This document shows, in pieces, positions 12,735-28,209 of a DNA stretch of 64,000 nt; positions within the stretch are counted from its first letter, which is position 1; the number at the start of each line of letters is the position of its first letter. This DNA comes from Eledone cirrhosa (taxonomy: Eukaryota). Below the pieces are notes generated by a model that had not been told where the DNA came from, searched no databases, and was given only the letters and a program-made list of their open reading frames with translations. The position numbers were made by a program, and so were the translations under genes. The stretch is from the NCBI GenBank assembly GCA_964016885.1, contig OZ024742.1:190774001-190838000 (forward strand). Direction: 5' to 3'.

Positions 12735-13490
12735 ACTAGGGCTTCCCTGCCTTCGCCCCAGTCTCTGTGTTCAAATCTATTTATAAGGCACATATTGTCA
12801 TCTGATGTAATGTCCATTTTTCTTAGCATAAAATACGTTATTGAAATATTGGATAACGTAATTTAACAAATTTATTTAGAATATCTTAATCCGGAAAACA
12901 ACCCACAAACGTAGCAGATCCAACTCGATCTATAGGATAAAGTGGGAGGTGCTGGCTGATGAGAAGAGTTTGGTTAAATTGATGTTGCTGGAATGTTGAT
13001 TACAGTTAAACCCTACCTATTTCAATCAGAAGGTTACTGATGCCATCCAAGTAAAGAAGAAGGCTAACAAAGCTTGGCTTGGAAAATGTCTTCCTTTGTT
13101 CTCTCGCGGTACAAACAGGCACGAAAGTTTGCATCAATGAGAGTAAAGTCATTCAAGGTTAAAACATATGACATCTTTAGAGTTGCAAATAAATATTCTG
13201 GCAGACCCTTCACCCAACTATTGGGTCATCAAATAAGAAATTTGTAGAGAGGCATATGGTCAGATGTTTTTTTTCTACAAATTTCGCACTTGATGACCCA
13301 ATAATTATTTCTCACACACACACACACACTTATCAGGAACTCACCTGCGATTTCTTTCTTTGAAGAAATGTGTATCTTCGCAAGGTGGAGAGAATACTTT
13401 GTGGATCGTCTAGATCCGGTCACATGAATATATTTTGATGTACATTCTTGCTTTCCTAAATGTGGATACTCTTTAGCAAAATACACTACA
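12735..13490 (-). mobile_element. Possible Helitron remnant
   Basis: CTAGT terminus abutting (TA)n with a nearby GC-rich patch; faint helicase-like traces. Confidence 0.3.
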
Positions 13491-13733
13491 GTGTATATAT
13501 ATATATATATATATATATAAACGTTTGTATTTGTAAAGCCAAACCAATGCAGGTATGGACATAGAATATAAATGCAAATGCAAAATATATTGTTGACAAT
13601 TAGTCTTTTACCTTAAATTTATTTACATGTCCTTAATTTTCGTGATAATATCTCTTCTTCGGAGGGAAGTAAAGCGGTTAAACCAGCGTTCTAAATAGCT
13701 TGCCAAGTCATGCTGACAGGAAATGGTATAGAG

Positions 13734-15152
<1,419 letters not shown>

Positions 15153-17531
15153 GAATAGAGTATCTGTTTTATCACTAATGTCAGAGAGTGACGGTTAGGT
15201 GGATAGAGAGTAGTGTCCCTTTAAAAGGGGTTTTGTACATGTATGTTTAAGTGTGTGGGAGAATACGTGAAAGTGTATGTATGTGTGTGTGAGTGTGAGT
15301 GTGAGAAGATATGTGTATACGTAAATGTGGGGAATAGATACTCTCTCGTGTTAGAACTGGTCTTTGTGTGTGTATGTGTGTGTGTGTGAGAGAGAGAATA
15401 AGTGTGTAAGCGTGTGTGTGTGTGCGTGAATGTGTGCGTGTGTGCGTGTGTGCGTGAGGGGGTGTAAGTATGCGGCTAGATGCTCTATCAAGTTATAAAT
15501 TGGGTGTTGAGTTCTAGTCTATTATTGATTGGTGGTGTGTTTTGTCTATAATCAGTGCTGCCTTAATTCTAAGATTGCTGACGTTTCTTTCCTTAGTTTC
15601 TATCCTAACTGTTATGGATTTGTCTGTGTTTTTGCATTTCACTAGGTATTTCTTAAATGAGGAAGCGTTAGTATTGAGGTCTTCTTTTATTCTAATGTGA
15701 AGTGGTCTGGTGGTGCTACCTACGTAGAAGTTGCTGCATTTGTCGCACTCTAGTCTGTATACGGCGTAGGCCTGGTGGCATAGGTCTGTGTCGTTGATGG
15801 GGCAGTTGGCTAGACTGCAGCGGCTGTCATGTCTGGTGGAGTGTCTTTTGGTTAGCTGTCCGCGTAGAGAAGGTCCTGAGTGGGCTAGTTGGATATCTAG
15901 TCCCTCTCGTCTGATAGCTCTGCGGATGGCTGTTGTTGTTTCGTCACTGAAGTGTGGGAGTTTAAGGAAGCAAGTGTTAGTGCCTCGGGTGTGGTGTCTT
16001 CTGTTCTTTCTGGCACGGTTCGTGGTGGATGTCGGGTAACCGTTCAGTTTGAGTACTTCCAGGAAATATGTGATGTGTGTGTCTCGGTCTCTAGCGTCGG
16101 TGCATTTGTTACGGATACGTGTTAGTTCGTTCCTTATCTGTATTCTGTATCCAAACTTAGCGCCGGCTGGGAGGGCTGATCTGAAATGTACGAACTGGTC
16201 CCTGCTGGCGGCTTTTTTATAGAAGCAAGTGTGGATGTTGCATTCCTCTGTTACCCTGACATCCACTGCTACGGCTTCCATCCGACGGACATACACCAGC
16301 TTTTGTCCTTCACAGTGGACAACACGTACTTCACCTTCCACCACCACACATACAGACAGACAACGGGATTACCCATGGGATACAGCCGATCGGGCCTGCT
16401 GGCCATCACCTATATGAACCAGCTAGAATGCCGAGCCCTCAACACCTGCCATTCCCATACTTTCTTCACCCGATATGTAGATGACATACTCATCCTTATA
16501 TCATCCCGTGAGGAGGCGGATAATATATACACGACATTCTCCAGCATGGACGCCAGTATAAGGTTCAGCAGGGAACACCCCGATGACCGCGGATCCCTAT
16601 CCCTATTGGACTTCCATCTCAGGGTAACAGAGTAAGGCAACATCCTCACCTGCTTCTATAAAGAAGCCGCCAGAAAGACCTGTTCCTACATTTCAGATCA
16701 GCCCTCCCAGCCGGCGCTAAGTTCGGATACATAAGGAACGAACTACACGTATCAGGTACAAATGCACCGACGCTAGAGACCGAGACAATACACACCACAC
16801 ATTTCCTGGAAGTACTCAAACTGAACGGATACCCGACATCCACCACGAACCTTGCCAGAAATAACAGAGGACACCACACCCGAGGCACTAACACTTGCTT
16901 CCTGAAGCTCCCACACTTCAGTGACGAAACAACAACAGCCATCCTCAAAGCTATCAGACGAGAGAGACTAGATATCCAACTAGCCCACTCAGGACCTTCT
17001 CTACGCGGACAGCTAACAAAAAGACACTCCACCAGACATGACAGCCGCTGCAGTCTAGCCAACTGCCCCATCAACGACACAGACCTATGCCACCAGGCCT
17101 ACGTCGTATACAGACTAGAATGCGACAAATGCAGCAACTTCTACGTAGGTAGCACCACCAGACCACTTCACATTAGAATAAAAGAAGACCTCAACACTAA
17201 CGCTTCCTCATTTAAGAAACACCTAGTTAAATGCAAAATTACCGACAAAAACATAATAGTTAGGATCGAAACTAAAGAAAGAAACGTCGGCAATCTTAGA
17301 ATTAAGGAAGCACTGATTATAGACAAAACGCAACCATCAATCAATAATAGACTAGAACTCAACACCCAATTTATAACTTGATATAGCATCTAGCCGCATA
17401 CTTACACCCCCTCACGCACACACGCACACATTCACGCACACATACGCACACACACACAGACGCTTACACCTCCACTTATTCTCTCTCACACACATCTATC
17501 CCCCACATTTACGTAGACATATCTTCTCACA

Positions 17532-17598
<67 letters not shown>

Positions 17599-17783
17599 TT
17601 ACACCTTCACGTATTCTCCCACACACTTAAACATACATGTACAAAACCCCTTTTAAAGGGAGACTACTCTTTATCCACCTAACCTTCACTCTCTGACATT
17701 AGAGATAGAACAGATTCTCTATACCATTTCCTGTCAGCATGACTTGGCAAGCTATTTAGAACGCTGGTTTAACTGCTTTACTT

Positions 17784-17820
17784 CCCTCCGAAGTAGAGAT
17801 ATTATCTCGAAAATTAAGGA
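17784..17820 (+). ncRNA. Minimal hammerhead-like motif in the PLE pLTR (inverted copy at ~13630-13668)
   Basis: cct-CCGAAG(T/A)-a gagata t tatctc-GAAA att a-agg. U4C variant with a vestigial palindromic stem III. Confidence 0.45.
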
Positions 17821-17972
17821 CATTTAAATAAATTTAACGCAAAAGACTAATTGGGAACAAGATCTTCTGCATTTGCATTTATATTCTATGTCCATACCTG
17901 CATTGTTTTGGCTTTTCAAATAAAAACGTTTATACCTCATTACACAATGCTTCAAGTGAACTATAACTTCCT

Positions 17973-18020
<48 letters not shown>

Positions 18021-18040
18021 TTATATTTATATATATATAT

Positions 18041-18106
<66 letters not shown>

Positions 18107-18314
18107 TTAAAGGTTAAACAAGGTTCAATTAATAAATCAAAGAATAAAGTTTTACAATAGATTAGAAGCACTCCACTGTTGAAGATAGCTCAGTACCTCT
18201 GAAATATCTATAATAAAATATACTTGATCCCACGAATGTCTATTTTTGTTAATATTTTGAATTAATATATATATTTTAACATACATATTAACATACATAT
18301 ATATATATATATAA

Positions 18315-18427
18315 TCTCTGAGTATATGGGATCGATTGTGCATTGGATATCGAATGCTCTACTGTATATAATATTATAGATGTAGCGAGATCTAGGCACA
18401 TTGATGTCTATTGAAACGTACGTAAGA
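18315..18427 (+). ncRNA. Hammerhead-like motif with 88-nt stem II and CTGAGTA core
   Basis: tct-CTGAGTA-t atgggatcgat tgtgc...gcaca ttgatgtctat t-GAAAC gtac GTA-aga. Confidence 0.5.
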
Positions 18428-18474
18428 ACCGAATAAATCTCTTTTATTGCATCTTTCTGTTCTTTTTAATTCTT

Positions 18475-18509
<35 letters not shown>

Positions 18510-18518
18510 GTATATATG

Positions 18519-18600
<82 letters not shown>

Positions 18601-18602
<2 letters not shown>

Positions 18603-18786
18603 ACGAAGGAAATGTGGTAAGGAACCAGGTGGACCATAACGCACCAAAGTACTCAATACTTGAGGTAGTAGAGTGGGTAATAGGAACCAGTAAGACCCCG
18701 ACAGCTGAGCTCAAGCCGTTTCGACGGCTAATTCTGGAATTAGCCGTCGAAACGGCTTGAGCTCAGCTGTCGTGGTCTTACTGGTT

Positions 18787-18790
<4 letters not shown>
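18601..18790. mobile_element. Solo PLE 3' end with 55-bp fold-back hairpin, in (TA)n
   Basis: Matches 41630-41770 and 58380-58581; near-perfect inverted repeat centred at ~18735. Confidence 0.85.
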
Positions 18791-18843
<53 letters not shown>

Positions 18844-19781
18844 GGCTTATGTAACTATATGTGCGTGTTGACATACATATACATGTGTTATATGTTGTTT
18901 TTTTGTGATTATATTTCTGTCTGTATATATGCATGAGTGACGCGTGAATACCAATTGAAGATGCACACACATATCTATTCATGTATAGCTAAGAATTATG
19001 GGTGTGAGTGTACAGGCTTACACATGCAGCTTTTGATTGCAGATATGCATAATTTAACAGCCGTAAATGCAGAAAAGTTAATCCTATATATTTATATATA
19101 TATACTAAATTTTTTTAATTAATAACACAAGGAGTGTGTAGCAATAAATAAAAAAATCACTTATGCTTTGTATGTATACAATATGTGCGGGAGTAGATAT
19201 AGTGTGTATTTTCTGAGTGAGTGAGTATATATATATATTTATGTACCCTTGGCTATGTATAAGTGATATACGATAGATAATCTCTCTAGCAATATATATA
19301 TTTTATAATGTTTAAATTCCAATTTTTAATATATTGATCTCAATTTTGAAACTAAATATATAATCATAATTAAACAATGTATAATTTCTCATATTATATA
19401 TCTATATTCCATTCACGAATATTAATATTTCTAATTTTATTTATTCATTTCATCTCAATTTAATATAACATAACTTAAGGTTTTCGTTCTCTCCCCCCTC
19501 TCTCTATCTCTACATATCTCTCTCTTGAGTTCTGGCTCTGTCTGATGTTTTGATATCTCCCCGTTATTTTTCCTCTGTTCTCTTTTCTTTTTGCTTTCTT
19601 CTTTTTCTTTATCTATCTTTCCCTTTCTTTTCTCCACGTTTCTCCCTCTCTCTCTCCATCTTTTTACTTACTCTTAACACTATGACTTACTAAAGTAAAC
19701 AAACCACTACCCGGATGGCCTCCAAAAACAACGGTCACCTTTTTGAAAGGGTACGTCAATATCTATTTGTAAAACTGTTAT

Positions 19782-19857
19782 ATATTGTATTTTGTCTGAT
19801 GAAGGCATACCATGATTTAACTTGGTATCCTTGAAATATATATAATGAAATAAATAT
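19782..19857 (+). ncRNA. Type I hammerhead ribozyme
   Basis: tattttgt-CTGATGA-agg c atacca tgatttaact tggtat cct t-GAAA tatataTA-atgaaata. Confidence 0.7.
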
Positions 19858-19892
19858 GGTTTTATAAATATAGTTTCCATTTATTAATATTG

Positions 19893-19923
<31 letters not shown>

Positions 19924-19932
19924 ATATAATAT

Positions 19933-20035
<103 letters not shown>

Positions 20036-20199
20036 CCTCATACCGACACTGAAACGCCCATATCAGTGAATATATATTTTAATTGATTTAAATTCAAAAC
20101 ATGAACTTATTTTAGAGATTTCCTCTTCTCATTATTGATACAAATTCTAATCAAAACAAAATACAATTGAAGAAGAGAAGAGAAGAGAAAGGAAGTAGT

Positions 20200-20994
20200 A
20201 TTGAGGATGATGATGGTGGTTGTGGATGAGTTGGTGGTGGTGGTGATGTTGGTAGTGGTGGTGGTGGTGGTAGTGGAGATGATGGTGGTGGTGGATGAGT
20301 TGGTGGTGGTGGTGATGGTTGTAGTGGTGGTGTTGGTGGTAGTGGAGACGATGGTGGTGGTGGAGGGGTTGGTGGTGGTGGTGATGGTGGTAGTGGTGGT
20401 GGTGGTGGTGGTAGTGGAGACGTTGGTGGGGGTGGAGGGGTTGGTGGTGTTGGTGATGGTGGTAGTGGTGGTGTTGGTGGTAGTGGAGAAGATGGTGGTG
20501 GTGGAGGGGTTGGTGGTGGTGGTGGTGGTAGTGTAGGTGGTGGTAGTAGTGGAGATGATGGTGGTGGTGGAGGGGTTGGTGGTGGTGGTGGTGGTAGTGT
20601 AGGTGGTGGTAGTAGTGGAGATGATGGTGGTGGTGGAGGGGTTGGTGGTGGTGGTAGTGGAGATGATGGTGGTTGTGGATGAGTTGATGGTGGTGGTGAT
20701 GGTGGTAGTGGTGGTAGTGTAGGTGGTAGTGGAGACGATGGTGGTGGTGGAGGGGTTGGTGCTGGTGGTGATGGTGGTAGTGGTGGTAGTGTAGGTGGTG
20801 GTAGTAGTGGAGATGATGGTGGTGGTGGAGGAGTTGGTGGTGGTGGTGATGGTGGTAGTGGTGGTGGTGGTGGTAGTGGAGACGTTGGTGGTGGTGGAGG
20901 GGTTGGTGGTGGTGGTGATGGTGGTAATGGTGGTGTTGGTGGAAGTGGAGATGTTGGTGGTGGTGGAGGAGTGTGTGGTGGTGGTGTTGGTAGT

Positions 20995-21025
<31 letters not shown>

Positions 21026-21069
21026 ATGATGGTGGTGGTGGAGGAGTGTGTGGTGGTGGTGTTGGTAGT

Positions 21070-21100
<31 letters not shown>

Positions 21101-24100
21101 ATGATGGTGGTGGTGGAGGAGTTGGTGGTGGTGGTGATGTTGGTAGTGGTGGTGGTGTTGGTGGTGGTAGTAGTGGAGATGATGGTGGTGGTGGAGGAGT
21201 TGGTGGTGGTGGTGGTAGTGGAGATGATGGTGGTGGTGGCGGAGGAGTTGGTGGTGGTGGTGATGATGGTGGTAGTGGTGGTAGTGTAGGTGGTAGTGGA
21301 GACGATGGTGGGGGTGGTGGTGTTGGTGGTAGCGGAGGTGATGGTGGTGGTGGAGGAGTGTGTGGTGGTGGTGGTGCTGGAGGAGTTGTTGGTGGTGGTG
21401 GTAGTGGTGGTGGTGTTAATGGTGGTGGTGGTGGCGTTGGTGGTGGTGGTAGTGGAGATGATGGTGGTGGTGGAGGAGTTGGTGGTTGTGGTGATGGTGG
21501 TAGTGGTAGTGGTGGTGGTGTTAATGCTGGTGGTGGTGTTGGTGGTAGTGGTGATCATGGTGGTTGTGGAGGAGTTGGTGGTGATGGTGATGTTGGCAGT
21601 GGTGGTGGTGTTAATGGTGGTGGTGGTGTTGGTGGTAGTGGTGATCATGGTGGTTGTGGAGGAGTTGGTGGTGATGGTGATGTTGGCAGTGGTGGTGGTG
21701 TTGGTGGTAGTGTAGATGATGGTGGTAGTGGAGGTGGTGGTGATGGTGGTAGTGGTGGTGGTGTTAATGCTGGTGGTGGTGTTGGTGGTAGTGGTGATCA
21801 TGGTGGTTGTGGAGGAGTTGGTGGTGATGGTGATGTTCGCAGTGGTGGTGGTGTTAATGGTGGTGGTGGTGTTGGTGGTAGTGGAGATGATGGTGGTAGT
21901 GGAGGTGTTGGTGATGGTGGTAGTGGTGGTGGTGTTAATGCTGGTGGTGGTGTTGGTGGTAGTGGTAGCGTTGCCTTTTTGAATGACTTTGGTGGTAGTG
22001 GATTTAATGGTGGTGATTATGGCAGTGGTGGTGTTGGTGCTGATGGTGATGTTAGTGGTAGTGGTAGTGTTGTTTTTTTGAGTGACTTTGGTGGTAGTGG
22101 AGATGATGGTGGTGATGATGTTAGTGGTTGTTTTGGTGTTAATGCTGGTGGTAGTGTTGGTGGTGGTGTTGGTGGTGGTGGTGATGTTAGTGGTAGTGGT
22201 AGTGATGCTTTTTTGAGTGACTTTGGTGGTAGTGTAGATGATGGTGGAGGTGTTGGTGTTGGTGGTGTTGGTGATGGTGGTGCTAGTGGTAGTGTTGTAT
22301 GAGGGGGTGACGTCGTTGGAGGTGATGGGAGTGTTAGTGGCAGTAGGGATGTGTTGTGAAAGTTCATGTAATGGTTGTGATGATGGCAGTTATGGTTATT
22401 GTGATGTAGACAATATTGGTGGTGGTGCTGTTGATGGTGGTGGTGGTGTCGTTGATGGTGGTGGTGGTGGTGTTGTTGTTGATGATGGTGGTGTTCATGA
22501 TGTTGGTGTTGATGATGGTAGCGGTGTTGTTGCTGGTGGTGGTTTTGTGATGATGGTGGGCTGGTCATGACGGTGGTGGTGTTGTTGATGGTGGCGGTGC
22601 TGATGAATGCGGTTGTGTTGTGATGACGGTGGTGGTGTTGTTGATGGTAGTGGTGTTGATGAAGGTGGCGATGTTGATCATGATGGTGGTGTTGATGATG
22701 GTGGTGGTGTTGATGAAGGTGGCGATGTTGATCATGATGGTGGTGTTGGCGATGGGGGTGGTGTTGATGATGGTGGCGATGTTGATCATGATGGTGGTGT
22801 TGACGAAGGTGGTGGTGTTGATAAATATGGTGGCTTCAGAGATGGTTCTGATGCTGGTTGTCGTTGTAAAAATATTTACAGCGTTGTTTAATGTGGTGAA
22901 TATGTTGTTTAAGGCGATGATGTTTGTTGTGGGGGTAGCGGTGTTGGTGGCATTTGAGGTGGTAATGGTGTTGATGTTGTTGTTGGTGGTGCTGCTGGTG
23001 TTGGTGGAAGAAGTAGTAATGGTTTTGTTAGCAATAGCAGTGGTAGTGACGGTGGTGTTCTTTTGCTGATGATGATGATGATAATGATGTTGATGATGAT
23101 GATGATAGCGATACTGGTGATGCTTGGGTTTGTGGTGGTGTTATTGGTAATGGTTTTGGCGATGTTGTTTGTAGTGGCTATGGTGTTGTGTGTTTCGTTA
23201 GTGGTGCTGATTCCTGTTGGTGGTTGTGTTGGTTTTAGTGGTAATGGTTGTGGTAGGGATAATAGTGCTGTTTGTGTCGAGTACAAAGAAGCCGGATATC
23301 CATTATCTTTGGTCGGAAGTGTCGTTGTTGATGGCTATTTGGCAACGCATGGAACAATATCTAATGAAAAACACTGTTGTGTAGGCCAGGAGGGGTGGTG
23401 TTGTAGGAAAGAAACTGAGGAACAGCAAAGACGATTATGTTACCACCAACAACACCACCACCACTACCACCACCACCACCAATAACAACACCAACACAAT
23501 AAACACAAACATAACCAGCACCACCAATACCACCACCAACACAACAACACCAACCACCACCACTCCCACCACGAACACCAGCACCACCAATACCACCACC
23601 AATACAACCCCAACCACCACCACTACCAGCACCACCAATACCACCACCAACACAACAACACCAACCACTACCACTCCCACCACGAACACCAGCACCACCA
23701 ATACCACCACCAACACAACAACACCAACCACTACCACTCCAACCACGAACACCAGCACCACCAATACCACCACCAATACAACCCCAACCACCACCACTAC
23801 CAGCACCACCAATACCACCACCAACGCAACAACACCAACCACCACCACTCCCACCACGAACACCAGCACCACCACCACTACCAACCACCACCACTACCAG
23901 CACCACCAATACCACCACCAACACAACAGACCCATCCACCACCACTACAGGCGACAACACAATAAACACAACCGTAACCAGCACAGCCAATACCACCACC
24001 AACACAACAACCCCAACCACCACCACTACCAGCACCAGCAACACCACCCCCAACACAGCCCCAACCACCACCACTACCAGCACCACCAATACCACCCCCA

Positions 24101-24300
24101 ACACAACAAACCCATCCACCACCACTACCAGCAACAGCACAATAAACACAACCATAACCAGCACCACCAACACAACAACTCCAACCACCACCACTACCAG
24201 TACCAGCAACACCACCACCAACACAACCCCAACCACCACCACTACCAGCATCACCACTACCAACGCCAATACAACAACAACAACCACAACCACAACTACC
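20200..24300. repeat. Bipartite (GGT)n / (ACC)n trinucleotide-derived minisatellite; Thr-rich mucin-like if translated
   Basis: G-rich on + at 20200-23260, C-rich on + at 23440-24300, with higher-order units. The minus-strand Thr frame is open from ~22390 to 20107. Confidence 0.9.
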
Positions 24301-24432
24301 GATGAAATAAAGGAAGGAAGTAAGGAAAAGCGAGATTTTTCTAGAAGCAACAGCATTTAAATTTACAATGTTATGCGTTGTGAGATTGCAATTAAAATTA
24401 TAATTAAAGTAATTAACTAACAGAATTCTTAG

Positions 24433-24628
24433 CACCATTTTCATTTTTTTCTGTCTAAAAATATAATTACCATTTCATTGTTGACTGCCAAAAAAGATTA
24501 CAACGATGAAAACGTTGAAGTTATGACACTATATACATTGTCATTGTATGACTTGGTTTTGGGTTTCGCTTTTATTCTCTGTGTTATTTCTGCTGCTCAG
24601 CATCGCACCACATGCCGCAAAATATCAT
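24433..24628 (+). CDS. Candidate host exon encoding a transmembrane segment (...DYNDENVEVMTLYTLSLYDLVLGFALFSVLFLLLSIAPHAAKYH)
   Basis: actaac branch-like motif, ttcttAG acceptor, open frame, donor AT|GTAAGT at 24628/24629. The 5' boundary is uncertain. Confidence 0.5.
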
Positions 24629-24791
24629 GTAAGTTAAGGGAAATAACTTAAATGGCCCCATGATATGAGGGTGAATATATATATATATGGAAAGCATAGA
24701 TATCATGAAGTAAATGCAGTATATTCATGTGTATATTTAGGCGAATGAAGAAAATAAATGTGTGTGTTTTATGAATACACACATACACACA

Positions 24792-24826
<35 letters not shown>

Positions 24827-24828
<2 letters not shown>

Positions 24829-25520
24829 TAGCAGCAGTCCCCAGCGTTGCCTGGGTAGGTAAAATAATATCTGCTTTGATGAAAAGGTGTTGATCTTAGC
24901 GACTGCTTCTCGATGACTCATCTATGGCCACACACAGGCCATGCGGGGGAGGGTGGTGATGACCTCTATCACTGAGAAATGCAGGTGACTGACGAAAGAG
25001 CATACTGGTGGAGGGTGTTTCGAATTTGAATGAAATTGGTTGAAAAATGTGGGAGTTAGAGCCGAAAAGGTAGTATTTTCGAATATTTAAGCGGCTGCCA
25101 TGCCGTTCCTGAACAAAAAAAGAGTTTAAGATGTGAAATAATCAGATCTAGCGTAGTGACAAATTTGAACAAAGTAGGTTTATTAATATGGGAGCTAGAG
25201 CCGAAAAGGTGGACATTTGAGTCTAAAAGTGGTATTTTTGAGTATTTAAGCAGCTGCCACGCCGTCCCTGAACAACAAATGCAAAATGTAAAGCCACTAC
25301 AGGATGTGCAATCACAAATTCTATTTCGCTTTAAAATTTGAACGAAATTGGTGTGCAAAATGTGGGAGCTAGAGCCAAAAATCTTATTTTTCGATACCTA
25401 AAAAAAGGGGACTCCATTATCAATTTTTATCTGCAGAGTGACGCTGGAATAAAAAAAAAAACGATACGCTGATATATAGAAAACACTCCTCGATGACTAA
25501 TCTATGAGCCTGTAAATATG
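24827..25520 (-). mobile_element. Helitron/Helentron-type non-autonomous element, 3' part
   Basis: Minus-strand end cccaggcaacgctggg hairpin followed by CTAGT; internal repeated gggag.tagagccgaaaagg. Confidence 0.6.
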
Positions 25521-25571
25521 AAAAGGAAAGTATATACTTTCAGACGTTCAATCATCTGGAAGGAAGGTATA

Positions 25572-25612
25572 CGATGCTGACGATAGCTAATAAGCTTGAA
25601 ACTAGTACATCG
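25572..25612 (+). ncRNA. Type I hammerhead ribozyme (family X) with compensatory stem I change
   Basis: cgatg-CTGACGA-tagctaataagctt-GAAAC ta GTA-catcg. Confidence 0.85.
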
Positions 25613-25860
25613 TTCATTTGTCAGTGTTGAACAAAAGGGAAACGATGGTTTCTAAACACTGTACGGCTTAATTCGGAATGTTTGTTTACAATCAAACCGA
25701 GCATTATAATAAATGTTCGGTAAATCCATGCGTACATATATATGTGTGTGCATGTATGTATATATATACATAATACTGTACGTCTGTATACATATATGTA
25801 AAATAAAGTACCAGTAATGCACTGGGTAATTGTTGGCCTTGTGCCTAAAGTAGATACAAT

Positions 25861-26218
25861 TATCTATAAAAGGCATATTGTTGTTGTGTGTGTGTGTGTG
25901 TTCCACGTTTATACATTTTCACAATTTCAAACCGATTTGACTCAACATCTGTAAGAATGTTGTAAATGGTCTAATGTAGGACAACGACGAATTATTTATT
26001 TCAAATACACCCACAATTACGGAAATAATCGATAAAACTAAATACATTACGCTTTACCCCTCTAATACAATATGATTACCTCTCTCTACTCCCCTTAAAA
26101 TTCGATAAAACTACATACATGCTGCAACTTTCTCTTATATACGCTTAAACTTACAAACTTCCTGTAGGAACGTCGAAGAAAGAAGAAAGAAGGAAATGAA
26201 GAGGAGAGAGAGAGAAGA

Positions 26219-26299
<81 letters not shown>

Positions 26300-26954
26300 T
26301 TTGTTTTTGAGTGTGGAACGGTCAAACATTTATTTACTTCAATGACAACAATTATTCAAAAGAAATAGATAAATATATATAACAAAAAAAAAATACCGAT
26401 AAATCTTTTTTTAAACATCTCTCAACGAACGTGGAAGAAAGAAGTATCAGTTTATTTACTATACACAATAATATCCACTATGAGGTCACTACACCTGCTA
26501 GAAAATACAGCTAACTCTCCCCCATATCACACCCCTTCCTACTGTCTGAAATTTAGAAAACACATATCCTCTATGAGGTCACTAAACCTGCTAGAAACAG
26601 CAGCTAACTCTCCCCATATCACACCACTCCCTGCTGTCTTAAATTTAGAAAACACACATTAGAGAACTATGCAGAACAACTCCATCGCAGCTCTGTTGTT
26701 CGGCTGGCATTGTCTACGCGCGTCTTGCGCAAGTACTGTCAAACAATAAATTTCAACACTTCTTTGCTCAGAGATAATATCCATAGGCGAAATTACAATT
26801 GCCACTGCTGACGCAGCTCCTGCTTCGGCAGTCCAGGTCTGCAATTCATTCACCCAGTGCCTGGCAGACAAAAAAAGTGCTGCCATAAAATGGGTTGTGC
26901 AACCTAACTTTGGTAACTTACTGACCCCGAGCAACGCCGGGCTTTAATGTTAGT
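25861..26954 (+). mobile_element. Helitron/Helentron-type (DINE-like) non-autonomous element with nested repeats
   Basis: 5' tatctataaaag plus GT microsatellite; 3' cccgagcaacgccggg hairpin plus ttagt. Contains (GA)n and a ~95-bp tandem duplication at 26472-26656. Confidence 0.55.
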
Positions 26955-27078
26955 ATATATATATATATATAGAAATAAAATACAAATAAGATAAACAATT
27001 GGTGCCATTCTCTACCCTCGTAATTTTAGACACACACGGAATTTACTGTGTTTATTTCTACATATACTATTATATAAT

Positions 27079-27262
27079 GGTTTCTACTTTTGGCACAAGG
27101 CCAGCAATTACCCAGTACACTACTGGTACTTTATTTTATCGACCCTGTAAGGATGAAGGGCAGAATTAACCTCGGCGGGATTTGAACTCATACCATAAAG
27201 GGCCGTAACTCTTTACTGCAAAGCATGGCGTCCGACCCTCTACCGATACTGCCAATCCACCA
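27079..27262 (-). mobile_element. tRNA-derived SINE (Meta-domain-like)
   Basis: Same family as 11728; TSD ctattatataatg. Confidence 0.85.
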
Positions 27263-27512
27263 CCCTAATCCCCTATTATATAATGCTCAGTATTTATACT
27301 TTGAGCTTCTAAATTGCAGGGTATCAATATGAGTTAATAACTGTATTATATTTGTATTTTCGGCTCCCTAATTAGGTGAGCTTGTAAGTTGAGTGTAATA
27401 AGGCTATTATTTCTAGCATAACCGCCCACAACACGTATAGCGTGCAACACGAGGTGAATATACTTTTTACTCTTTGAGTTGCGGTTAGATGTGTTTTGTT
27501 TCATTTGATCTA

Positions 27513-27599
27513 ATCTCTCGCTGAGTAAGCATAAGGATTATCTGTTACAGACACAAGTTTCAGGGCGAAATAGATTAAATCTCTATCTGTCCGAGAGAT
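27513..27599 (+). ncRNA. Hammerhead-like motif with CTGAGTA core
   Basis: atctctcg-CTGAGTA-agc...gc-GAAA tagat taaatctct atctGTC-cgagagat. 8-bp stem I, 6-bp stem III, weak stem II. Confidence 0.55.
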
Positions 27600-27734
27600 G
27601 AAATGTTTTTCATACGGTCAGTATAGAATTATCCTACTGTACGTTTAAGATTGAATTTATAAAACATTTGTGGCATTCTCTACCCTCGTAATTTTAGACA
27701 CGGAATTTACTGTGTTTATTTCTACATATACTAT

Positions 27735-27804
<70 letters not shown>

Positions 27805-28209
27805 CATACAAACATACATACATATATATATATACATAAACACACGCACACACGTATGTAGCTGAGTATCCGGTTAAGGTGAAGCATTTGTTCTCGGTAT
27901 GGTTAATTAGCTGTTCTGGAACTACTTCTATATACATATGTGTGTGTATGTGTGTATGTGTGTGTGTGCGTGTGTGTGTATAATATTATATCAAATTGTT
28001 TATTCACGTTCATACACGGAGCAAAAGCGCTGCCTACACTTTCAAGGCCAAATGTTGAGTATACATATACATACATATACTCCACCTACACACTTACACA
28101 CACACACACATTCTCTCTGTTTCTGGCTCTCTCTCTCTATCTCACACTCACACACACTCACACACACATACAAACAAACAAACACACACACGCATATATA
28201 TATATATAT

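Larger units (their letters stand above)
26993..27735 (+). mobile_element. Non-autonomous PLE-like element with ~75-bp direct terminal repeats
   Basis: cattctctaccctcgtaattttagacac...tttctacatatactatta at 27005-27072 and 27675-27735; flanked by (TA)n. Confidence 0.65.

Noticed and set aside
20201-24444. Poly-Val, poly-Gly and poly-His ORFs
   Set aside because: Alternative frames of the GGT/ACC satellite.
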